Below are positions 9,101 through 17,210 of a stretch of 20,000 bases of DNA, piece by piece. A program made the translations under genes and the position numbers. The notes under the pieces were generated by a model. The model did not search any database. It was given only the letters and a program-made list of their open reading frames with translations, and was not told the origin of the DNA. The stretch lies in sequence record DRR723986_6745; one strand, 5' to 3'. Positions within the stretch are counted from its first letter, which is position 1; the number at the start of each line of letters is the position of its first letter.

Positions 9101-9159
9101 TAGGCATATATGGGAGAAATGCTGGTTCGCCAAAACGGATGTAGGTAGTTTTTGAACCA

Positions 9160-9182
9160 CATAGAAAGCATAGAAAATATAG
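9160..9182 (+). repeat. Short 9-nt-period tandem repeat
   Basis: CATAGAAAG CATAGAAAA TATAG. Confidence 0.45.
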
Positions 9183-9319
9183 TTTATTTCATGATTAGCA
9201 CTTCAGATGTGATTCATTTCTAACTTTTGAAATTATTTGTCAGATACAAAAGATGGCGAGAAAATGTATGCCAGATAGGCATTGATATTTTGCTCATTGC
9301 AATCCTCCGCAGTAACTAC

Positions 9320-9664
9320 TCAATCAGCAAGTCTAGCACTTACGATTTTTATTCCTGGATAAGAAATTCCAAGAGTGTTGCAAATGCGAAAATCCTTGTT
9401 TGATAATTCGATGAATTGAATAATTAATGTATTGCCTACAGTATTCAAGGAATTGTCAAGGCTGTAGGCGTTATAGCTTAGTGTATTGAAATCAGTTAAG
9501 CGCTTTACCTCTGCTTCTTTGTCCAGAAATCTGATGACAGGTAATCCGCAGGAAATATCAGCAGTAGTTTCAACAATTACTCTAAATTCAATGAGAGGCA
9601 TTTCCTCTTTTTCACAAGAAGAAACCGAGAATAATAAGAGTAAAAAAAGGAAGTTGATTTTCAT
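9320..9664 (-). CDS. Hypothetical small lipoprotein
   Basis: The ATG at 9664 gives MKINFLFLLLLFSVSS|C-EKEE, a lipoprotein signal followed by an acidic patch. Two further Cys residues (ISCG, RICN) could form a disulfide. Confidence 0.7.
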   Translation of the reverse strand: MKINFLFLLLLFSVSSCEKEEMPLIEFRVIVETTADISCGLPVIRFLDKEAEVKRLTDFNTLSYNAYSLDNSLNTVGNTLIIQFIELSNKDFRICNTLGISYPGIKIVSARLAD

Positions 9665-9765
9665 ATATTCTAGTACGAATCTTAACAAGGTAACGCTACT
9701 CTCTGATCCTACAGTTTCAAAATTTTTGGTCGATTAAGATAGGTATTATTACTGTTTTTCATTCC

Positions 9766-11301
9766 TCAATCCGGAATCACCAACTCCAATACCACCCTGT
9801 CTTTCTCAGGATACTTTGCCTTTTTACTTGTCATTTCTACTGACAGGGTTTCCATCATTTCTTTGAGTTTGGTGGGATTACTTTCAGCAAGATTTTCCAT
9901 TTCAAATGGATCCGCTTTTAGGTTAAAAAGCTCATAAGTAGCTTCTCCATCTACAGGATAATGATAGATTACTTTCCAATCTGATTTTACCAAACTGGTA
10001 AAGTAATTGGAGCGGTGATTTCCATGTGGGAAATGATTCAAAAACACCTCGTCTCTACTCGTGTTTTGCTCAGCATTTAGTTGAGTTTGAAGCGGGAAAC
10101 CATCCAATATATGTCCTTCGGGATTTGGAATGTCTGCCAATGTTAAAAGGGTAGGAAACAGATCTATGATAGTTCCAACTTGTTCCTGAATTGCATTTTG
10201 GGCGATAGGTAGTTTTTGCTGCCTTGGAGAATTGTTATCTGGACTGACCCAAGCAGCGATGAAAGGAACCCGCATTCCACCTTCCCAGTGATTTCCTTTT
10301 TTGCCTTTTAGCGGAGTGGAACTGCTGTAGTCATTTTCTATTGGCAGGGGTGCATCCGAACCGTTATCTCCCAAAAATAGTATCAGTGTGTTTTCTCCTA
10401 ATCCTAGCTCCTTCACATGCTGCATGATGTCGCCCAGAGATTTGTCAATTCCTTCTATCAGCGTGGCGTAGGCTTGAGCTTTTTCCGGCATGCCGGAGTC
10501 TTTATACTTTTCCGCAAAGCGGGGATCAGAATAAAATGGAGCATGTACTGCATAATGCGCCATGTTTAGAAAGAAAGGTTTTCCTTCTTCCTTCGCTAGT
10601 GTGATAGCTGCATTTGCTTCTAGCGTCAATGCCTCAGTTAGGAAAATGTCCTGACCATGGTACTTTTCCAATCCGGGAACTGCTCTTGCTTTATTTCCAC
10701 CTGTATATCCGAAGGCTTCTGTACCCAAATAACTGCCTGGCTGACCTATAGAACTTCCTGCAATATTGATATCAAAACCAAGATTCAGTGGGTCTTCACC
10801 TTCGCTGTTGAAAGGTCCAAAATGGGCTTTACCAACATGGATTGTCTTGTAGCCATTTTGCTGCAAAAGCTTAGGAAGAGTCAAGGAGGTTTTGGTCAGT
10901 CCATTCCAGTTCCAATCAGTTGGGCCAAATTCTGTTCGGTTATTTTCTTCAGATCTAATCCAATTGGTGACTCTGTGACGGGCGGAGTTTTGGCCTGTGA
11001 GAATGGAAGTTCGTGAAGGCGAGCAAACCGAGTGAGCATAAAAATTGGAAAAACGGATGCCTTGACTTGCCAACTTCTCCATGTTTGGAGTGGTATAAAA
11101 TTCATTCAAATTGTAACTGACCGGGTTGCCTTCTGAGTCAGTAAGAAAGGGAACTGAAGTGTCCATTAGGCCCATATCATCTACCAGAAACACAATGATA
11201 TTGGGTGGAGATATAGCTTTTTCCTTGGTGGTACAGGCAATCGATAAAATAACTAGCAACGCATAGGTTGCAAGGAATGAAGTCAGTCTAGGTTTTTGCA
11301 T
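9766..11301 (-). CDS. Cys-type (formylglycine-dependent, S1) sulfatase, probable lipoprotein
   Basis: PNIIVFLVDDMG, signature CSPSRTSILTG, GYKTIHVGKAH, HYAVHAP, GDNG, KGKKG..WEGGMRVP and YELFNLKADPFE. The likely start is ATG 11301 (MQKPR...LSIA|C). Confidence 0.93.
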   Translation of the reverse strand: MQKPRLTSFLATYALLVILSIACTTKEKAISPPNIIVFLVDDMGLMDTSVPFLTDSEGNPVSYNLNEFYTTPNMEKLASQGIRFSNFYAHSVCSPSRTSILTGQNSARHRVTNWIRSEENNRTEFGPTDWNWNGLTKTSLTLPKLLQQNGYKTIHVGKAHFGPFNSEGEDPLNLGFDINIAGSSIGQPGSYLGTEAFGYTGGNKARAVPGLEKYHGQDIFLTEALTLEANAAITLAKEEGKPFFLNMAHYAVHAPFYSDPRFAEKYKDSGMPEKAQAYATLIEGIDKSLGDIMQHVKELGLGENTLILFLGDNGSDAPLPIENDYSSSTPLKGKKGNHWEGGMRVPFIAAWVSPDNNSPRQQKLPIAQNAIQEQVGTIIDLFPTLLTLADIPNPEGHILDGFPLQTQLNAEQNTSRDEVFLNHFPHGNHRSNYFTSLVKSDWKVIYHYPVDGEATYELFNLKADPFEMENLAESNPTKLKEMMETLSVEMTSKKAKYPEKDRVVLELVIPD

Positions 11302-11340
11302 TTTATTGAATTGAGACTTGAAGGAGTGTTTGCTAAGGTA

Positions 11341-11348
11341 CAAATTTA
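11341..11348 (-). promoter_or_regulatory. Putative -7 promoter element of the sulfatase gene
   Basis: The minus strand reads TAAATTTG, an exact TAnnTTTG match, 40 nt upstream of ATG 11301. Confidence 0.5.
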
Positions 11349-11553
11349 GGGTTGTTGAGTTTTGTGGAAAGTTACCTTTTCACAATGTGCATTTCATACG
11401 TAGTATTTTAGTTAGCTGGTTTAAAAGTAAAACCAACCTCTCACTACTAGCTTTTTGGGAGTCTTTTAATTGATAATTTTTGAAACCTGAGTAGAAAGGA
11501 GATTTGAAAAATTATTAGTTTTAGCTTACTGTTTAGTTTTTCTTATCTGCCCA

Positions 11554-11910
11554 ATGGAAAGAGCAAAAATTGTCGATTACTACCTTCAGAAGATCAATGA
11601 TAAGGACTTTGATCTTTATGACGCCAGGAAGGAGATGGAAAAGAATAACATTGAGGAAGAGGAAATAAAGGTCATCATTAGATTGTTGGATAATCAGATC
11701 CATCGGGGTCTAATTCAAAAGTCACATCGGGATAAATCAAAGGAAATGATTGGGATTGGAGCCGTCTTAACTTTTATAGGTGCCGGTATCACGATTGGTA
11801 CTTACACCGGAATTCTCAATACTGGTGACTCTTTCTTAATTGTTTTTGGTCCTGTGGTGGCAGGGATTTCCATAATGGTGGGAGGCTTGTCACTTCGAAA
11901 GAAGGTTTAG
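11554..11910 (+). CDS. Hypothetical membrane protein
   Basis: Charged helical N-terminus followed by two Gly-rich C-terminal TM helices. It fills the intergenic space cleanly. Confidence 0.75.
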   Translation: MERAKIVDYYLQKINDKDFDLYDARKEMEKNNIEEEEIKVIIRLLDNQIHRGLIQKSHRDKSKEMIGIGAVLTFIGAGITIGTYTGILNTGDSFLIVFGPVVAGISIMVGGLSLRKKV

Positions 11911-12135
11911 GCCAATTCAGGTTTATTATTACTTTCTGCTTTTTTATCACAGTGATTTCAGGATGGGAATAGGCACGGATTTTCCTTTTTGTTAATTCAG
12001 AAGTGTTTTAATAAAAGGGTAAAAAATTAAATAAAGTATAAAACTCTTCCTGTATTTTTTCAGTTTTGCATCCAAATAGATGAGTTGCTTCGTATGGTTT
12101 GATGCCAAATCGAATTTCTCACCGAAAAGGAAAAC

Positions 12136-12921
12136 ATGATTAACACGAATAGAATTGCTCATATAGAGCAAGAAATCTCTGGCTTGAGAAGCCAATTGCA
12201 GCATCACCCGCTTTATAGTAACCTTCAGAATCTTGATGATATTAGACTTTTCATGGAAAACCATGCCTTTGCAGTTTGGGATTTCATGTCATTGCTGAAG
12301 GCGCTTCAAATGAAATTGACCACTGTGCAGATCCCTTGGACTCCTAGCCAAAATCCTACTCTGGCCAGATTTATCAATGAAATTGTTCACGGAGAGGAAA
12401 GTGACATTAATGAATTGGGCGAGCCTAAAAGTCATTATGAAATGTACTTAGATGCCATGATTCAACTTGGAGCAGGTACAAATCAGATCCAAAGATTTGT
12501 TCAACATATTCAGGAAGGAATGAGCATTGCCGAAGGATTTGAAGAAGTCGAGGTACATGAGAGTGTAGAAGAATTTGTGAAGTTTTCTTTTGCAGTGATA
12601 GCAACCCAAAAACCTCATCTAATTGCTTCAGCATTTACTTTTGGAAGGGAAGATGTGATACCGGATATGTTTATTTCGATCTTAAAGCAGGCGGATGTAG
12701 AGAATGTTCACTACAATAAACTGAGATATTACCTAGAGCGACATATAGAGTTGGATGGCGATGAGCATGGCCCTTTGTCCTTAAAAATGATCTCGGAACT
12801 CTGTGGTAATGATGAGCAGAAATGGGAGGAGACTCTGGAAGTTGCCAAACAAGCACTTCAGCAAAGAATCTCGCTTTGGGATGGGATTGCTAAGCAAATT
12901 GGAAACGCGGAATTGGTGTAG
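12136..12921 (+). CDS. DUF3050 family protein (heme-oxygenase-like fold, putative diiron enzyme)
   Basis: Motifs [41 protein letters not shown] and [16 protein letters not shown]. Confidence 0.88.
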   Translation: MINTNRIAHIEQEISGLRSQLQHHPLYSNLQNLDDIRLFMENHAFAVWDFMSLLKALQMKLTTVQIPWTPSQNPTLARFINEIVHGEESDINELGEPKSHYEMYLDAMIQLGAGTNQIQRFVQHIQEGMSIAEGFEEVEVHESVEEFVKFSFAVIATQKPHLIASAFTFGREDVIPDMFISILKQADVENVHYNKLRYYLERHIELDGDEHGPLSLKMISELCGNDEQKWEETLEVAKQALQQRISLWDGIAKQIGNAELV

Positions 12922-13009
12922 GTTTTTTTACCTAGCACTGCTCGGTATTAAATATATCGCTCCTTTGCCATTAAAGTCTTATTCGCAATGCGACAAAATC
13001 CAAAAGTTT

Positions 13010-13459
13010 ATGACTTACCCAATCAGTAAAATAGCACCATCAGAATATCCGCAAGTTGTAGAGCTTTGGGAGGCTTCCGTCCGTGCTACGCATGAGTTTT
13101 TACCGGAAGAAGATATCCAGTTTTTCAAGCCACTGATTTTGAATGAGTATTTAAAAGCTGTGGAATTGAATTGTGTTAGGGATGATTCTGGCAAAATTTT
13201 AGGTTTTTCCGGTGTGGCAGAAGGCAATCTGGAAATGCTCTTTGTCCATCCAGCCTATGCAGGAAAAGGTATAGGTAAAGCTCTATTAACTTATGCGCTA
13301 GAGAAGCTTGGAGTATCCAAAGTGGACGTCAATGAGCAAAATCCAAAAGCGACAGCATTCTATCTGAAAAATGGATTTGAAATCATTGGTCGATCTGAAC
13401 TGGATGGTACTGGCAAGCCGTATCCGATTTTGCATCTGGAGATATCGAAAAAATCTTGA
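13010..13459 (+). CDS. GNAT N-acetyltransferase (YjaB-like)
   Basis: WEASVRATHEFL, EMLFVHP..AGKGIGK, VDVNEQN..A..FY...GF and GRSELDG.GKPYP. The real start is most likely ATG 13010, not 12803. Confidence 0.9.
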   Translation: MTYPISKIAPSEYPQVVELWEASVRATHEFLPEEDIQFFKPLILNEYLKAVELNCVRDDSGKILGFSGVAEGNLEMLFVHPAYAGKGIGKALLTYALEKLGVSKVDVNEQNPKATAFYLKNGFEIIGRSELDGTGKPYPILHLEISKKS

Positions 13460-13552
13460 CCTCGTAAAGTATTTTCCGGTCTGTTGATATCGATTTTGAT
13501 GCTTATCTTGAGCATCAGTTTTCTGAAAAAAATCTCATAGACCCAACTACTC

Positions 13553-14527
13553 ATGTTTAAGAGTATCGCTGCTTTTTTATTTCTTTCATTTTTCTTTTTC
13601 GCTTGCGAAAGCAAAACTCCAACAGGAAGTAGTGCCATAGATATTCCTAAAATCGCTTCAAAGGCAACTTCCATAGTCGTTCTCGGCACAATTCAAGACG
13701 GTGGATCTCCCCACATCGGTTGCAATAAGGAATGTTGCAAGGATCTTTTCGAAAATCCAGATAAAGACAGACAGGTGGTTTCTTTGGGTTTGTTTGATGC
13801 TGTAACTGATAAAAAATACCTTTTCGAAGCCACACCGGACATCACTAGACAGGTGAAAACATTGAAGAGTTTAGGTTCGGAAAGTGAAGGCGAAATGCCA
13901 GATGGAATTTTCTTGACACATGCGCATATTGGCCATTACGCGGGTTTGATGTTTTTGGGAAAAGAAGCTCGGGATGCCAAAAGAGTACCCGTATTTGCCA
14001 TGCCAAGAATGAGGGAATTCTTACAGAATGATGGGCCTTGGAGCCAGTTGGTGAACAATGAAAATATTTCCCTAGTCCCAATTGAAAATGAGAAGGCAGT
14101 TATCCTATCCGAGCAATTACAAGTGATACCGCTGCAAGTTCCACATAGGGATGAATTCTCCGAAACTGTTGGATACAAGATTATCGGTCCGGAAAAGAGT
14201 GCTTTGTTTATCCCTGATATAGATAAATGGGAAAAGTGGGAGAAGGATATTGTAGATGAAATCAGGAAGGTGGATTATGCTTTTGTAGATGCGACATTTT
14301 TCAGTGGGAAGGAGCTTGATAATCGGGATATGTCAGAAATTCCTCATCCATTTATCATGGAAAGTATGGAGAAGTTTGCTGGCTTAGCAGCTGAAGAAAA
14401 AACCAAGGTTGTATTCATTCATTTCAATCATACCAATCCGGTTATAGATCCGTATAGTGAAGAGACAAAATTGGTGTTGGAAAAGGGATTTCGAATAGCC
14501 AGGATTAGAGATGTTTTTGAATTATAA
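13553..14527 (+). CDS. MBL-fold metallo-hydrolase, PqqB-like, with lipoprotein signal
   Basis: LGTIQDGGSPHIGCNKECC resembles the PqqB/PhnP N-terminal Cys motif. It also has THAHIGH, VPHRDE, DATFF, H-P and HFNHTNP (PqqB-like HINNTNP), plus a signal ending FFFA|C. Confidence 0.85.
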   Translation: MFKSIAAFLFLSFFFFACESKTPTGSSAIDIPKIASKATSIVVLGTIQDGGSPHIGCNKECCKDLFENPDKDRQVVSLGLFDAVTDKKYLFEATPDITRQVKTLKSLGSESEGEMPDGIFLTHAHIGHYAGLMFLGKEARDAKRVPVFAMPRMREFLQNDGPWSQLVNNENISLVPIENEKAVILSEQLQVIPLQVPHRDEFSETVGYKIIGPEKSALFIPDIDKWEKWEKDIVDEIRKVDYAFVDATFFSGKELDNRDMSEIPHPFIMESMEKFAGLAAEEKTKVVFIHFNHTNPVIDPYSEETKLVLEKGFRIARIRDVFEL

Positions 14528-14565
14528 AATGTAGGCTGCATTGTGAGCTTTAAATTAGATGGAAG

Positions 14566-14982
14566 ATGGAATTAAAGACAGCACCAGAAGTAGCAGCAGT
14601 TTTTTCGAAGTATCCCGACTCGGTTCGTGATAAAATGTTAAACCTTCGTCGCTTGGTGTTGGAGGTTGCTGAGGAAATTGGGTTGTCGAGCTTGGAGGAA
14701 ACGCTCAAATGGGGAGAGCCAAGCTTTCTTGCTAAAAAAGGAAGTACCATTCGTATGGACTGGAAAGCCAAAAATCCTGATCAATATGCGATGTATTTCA
14801 AATGTACGAGTAAACTGGTGCCCAGTTTCCGCCTGGCATACGATGAGGTGTTTGCCTATGAAGGGAATAGGGCGATTGTCTTTAAAATGGATGAAGAAAT
14901 TCCGGAAACTGAATTAAAAAACTGCATCAAAGCTGCTTTAACCTATCACCAAGTAAAGCAACTTCCGATGTTGGGATTATAG
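14566..14982 (+). CDS. DUF1801 (YdhG-like) domain protein
   Basis: LRRLVLEVA...EETLKWGEPSF, TIRMDWK, YFKCTSKLV and GNRAI. Confidence 0.85.
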   Translation: MELKTAPEVAAVFSKYPDSVRDKMLNLRRLVLEVAEEIGLSSLEETLKWGEPSFLAKKGSTIRMDWKAKNPDQYAMYFKCTSKLVPSFRLAYDEVFAYEGNRAIVFKMDEEIPETELKNCIKAALTYHQVKQLPMLGL

Positions 14983-15017
14983 TTTAAATTGATCTTCCGC
15001 TAAATAATTGTTTTAAA

Positions 15018-15596
15018 ATGAATCCAAAAGTTGACTTCTTTTTTGACAAAGCTTCTAAATGGCAAAAGGAATACAAGCAATTGAGAGAATTAATTCTTGA
15101 CTGTGGGTTGATCGAGGAATTGAAATGGGGAGTGCCTTGCTATACCTTTCAAGGAAGTAATGTGGTGTTGATTCATGGCTTTAAGGAATACTGTGCGCTG
15201 CTTTTTCACAAGGGAGCTTTACTTAATGACGCAGAGGGTGTCCTGATCCAGCAAACCGAGAATGTACAGAGTGCACGGCAGATTCGATTTACGAATCTTC
15301 AAGAGATAATAGAATTGAGTAAGGTATTGAAGTCTTATGTTTTTGAAGCGATTGAGGTAGAGAAAGCTGGATTGAAAGTAGAATTGAAAAAGACTAAAGA
15401 ATATGACATTCCCGAGGAGTTTCAAGTCAAATTAGATGCTGATCCAGGGTTGAAAGAGGCTTTTTATTCCCTGACACCTGGACGACAACGAGGCTATCTA
15501 TTGCATTTTGCGACAGCAAAGCAGGCTAAAACTAGAGAGGCTAGAGTGGAAAAGTTGATACCGCAGATTCTCAGTGGAAAGGGACTGAATGATTAG
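15018..15596 (+). CDS. ydeI: YdeI/OmpD-associated family protein (DUF1801 + OmdA domain)
   Basis: MNPKVD, EELKWGVPCYT, IHGFKEYCALLFHKGALL, QQTENVQSARQIRF, AFYSLTPGRQRGY and AKQAKTREARV. Confidence 0.9.
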   Translation: MNPKVDFFFDKASKWQKEYKQLRELILDCGLIEELKWGVPCYTFQGSNVVLIHGFKEYCALLFHKGALLNDAEGVLIQQTENVQSARQIRFTNLQEIIELSKVLKSYVFEAIEVEKAGLKVELKKTKEYDIPEEFQVKLDADPGLKEAFYSLTPGRQRGYLLHFATAKQAKTREARVEKLIPQILSGKGLND

Positions 15597-15626
15597 TCGC
15601 AATTATTCAATTTTTTGTTGAGATTC

Positions 15627-16331
15627 TCAATCTGGAAACGCTAAAAATGCCACCTGAAGCTCGCCTATTTTCTTATAACCAGCTTCATTCATGTGGATAG
15701 GATCGGTATAGTAGAGATCCTTGTTATACGTATTATAACCACCTAAAGTAAACTGATCCAAGTAAGGTATGCCATGTAGTTGGCAGATTTTCTTTTGCAT
15801 GTTTACGTGCTCGGCCATTCCATTTTCTGAAAATGGATCATAAGCCCCTCTATCATTAAATGCCTTGCTGGACGTGAAGAAGTAAATCTGAGCTTTCGGG
15901 TTGATTTCGTAGATTTTCTTGATGCAGTAATTAATCCCTCCAGCTTGAGTTACCAGCTTCTCTTCATCAAAACCATCGAACTCCGAGTAGTCAGTATAGC
16001 TGCCAATTTCTCTTTTATTGGTGTAATCATTGGTGGAGGCCCAAAATATATAAATGTCGAAAACTCCAGCCTCATCCACTTGCTGCTGTAATGATTTGCC
16101 TTGAAGAGAAGAGAAGCCAGCTCCTCCAACACCAAAATTTGTAACCGTCATTCCCAGCTTTTCTTTCCACATATTTTTGGCAACTTCACTTTCTGGTATG
16201 ACAGAGACAGAGCCTCCAAAAACCGCCACAGACTTCCCATAATTGTATGATGCTTTAAGATCCTGCTGCGCAAAAATACTTGTAGAAACTAATAGGAAAG
16301 CGAAGCTTAAATAGTGTTTGATGTAACTCAT
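15627..16331 (-). CDS. Secreted SGNH/GDSL-family esterase
   Basis: Block I FGGSVS, block II GVGGAG, block III STND and block V DPIH. The signal peptide ends IFA|QQ. Confidence 0.85.
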   Translation of the reverse strand: MSYIKHYLSFAFLLVSTSIFAQQDLKASYNYGKSVAVFGGSVSVIPESEVAKNMWKEKLGMTVTNFGVGGAGFSSLQGKSLQQQVDEAGVFDIYIFWASTNDYTNKREIGSYTDYSEFDGFDEEKLVTQAGGINYCIKKIYEINPKAQIYFFTSSKAFNDRGAYDPFSENGMAEHVNMQKKICQLHGIPYLDQFTLGGYNTYNKDLYYTDPIHMNEAGYKKIGELQVAFLAFPD

Positions 16332-16354
16332 TTGGGTTGAATTATAGGGTGTTT

Positions 16355-17185
16355 TTATTTGTAAATGGTAGTACAGTTTGTTTGCACTTTTAGCATTTCT
16401 GCAGCGTAGCGAATCCCAAGAGCATGGTAAGACTCCGAGTCAAAATGGGTGTCATCTCCCTTGTGATTAAGCCCTTGGGCGGTGACTAAGCCTATACAAT
16501 CATTTGAAGCAGCAATTTCACGAATTACTCCGTTCATAGCTTCAGCAAAAGGTGCTTTGGGATAGAAGAAGTAGCCTAGTTCACCAATGACTACAGGAAT
16601 GTCAGCTATACCCAAATCTGATTTGAGAGCATTCAACATAGCCTCAAATTTTTGTGTGTATTCGGTAACACCTGCTTCCGTATTGGAGTCTGATTCTCCC
16701 TGATGCCAGATGATACCTTTCAAAGTGCCAGATTCCATCGCTTTTTTGGCCCGGCGAATCATGTCGTTGTAAGGATAGGTGTTGGTTTGTCTGTGGATAG
16801 AATCTGCAAACCAGGCGTTTATAGAACTTCCTCCTACTGCGGTAGGAATGAGCCCTATTTTGATATTTGTGTTTTCGTTAGCCATTATTTTCCCAAAAGT
16901 CAGCCCAAGACCAGTGCCTGCAGCAGGCTTGTCAAAGTGCATGGGATCTTTTGCCAATACCCAGTTTTCTGCCTTATCCAGCATCAATACGCGTGGATGG
17001 CTGAGCGTGTCGATAGCTTCCACTTCCCCTCTGCCAGCCATGTTGGATTGGCCCATCAGGAGATAAAGGTGAAAATTCTCTTCGGTAGAGCTTTTGTTTA
17101 AGGTATTGGTGGGGATGTTTTTTTGGCCAGTGCAACTGACTAAAACTACACTGAATAAAGCTAAGGTGAGGCGATATAGGTTCAT
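16355..17185 (-). CDS. Sialate O-acetylesterase (SASA) / CE6-like carbohydrate acetylesterase, probable lipoprotein
   Basis: GQSNMAGRG, DPMHFDK, AVGGSSI..W, WHQGESD and DDTHF. The likely start is ATG 17185 (MNLYR...VLVS|C). Confidence 0.9.
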   Translation of the reverse strand: MNLYRLTLALFSVVLVSCTGQKNIPTNTLNKSSTEENFHLYLLMGQSNMAGRGEVEAIDTLSHPRVLMLDKAENWVLAKDPMHFDKPAAGTGLGLTFGKIMANENTNIKIGLIPTAVGGSSINAWFADSIHRQTNTYPYNDMIRRAKKAMESGTLKGIIWHQGESDSNTEAGVTEYTQKFEAMLNALKSDLGIADIPVVIGELGYFFYPKAPFAEAMNGVIREIAASNDCIGLVTAQGLNHKGDDTHFDSESYHALGIRYAAEMLKVQTNCTTIYK

Positions 17186-17210
17186 GTTTCCAGAGTTCAA
17201 GTCTATGTTA

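Noticed and set aside
11302..11343. N-terminal extension of the sulfatase ORF
   Set aside because: The upstream TTG start lies within the -7 box, and the lipoprotein signal fits ATG 11301.
11992..12264. 90-aa minus-strand ORF
   Set aside because: It overlaps the DUF3050 start antisense, runs through AT-rich promoter DNA and has no motif.
12803..13009. Long N-terminal extension of the GNAT, or a frameshift fusion with DUF3050
   Set aside because: The extension overlaps DUF3050 out of frame and looks non-coding. Both domains are complete on their own, and I saw no slippery site before the DUF3050 stop.
12136..14527. PQQ biosynthesis cluster
   Set aside because: There is no PqqA precursor (ExxxY peptide), PqqD or radical-SAM PqqE, and the PqqB-like protein is exported with an altered motif.
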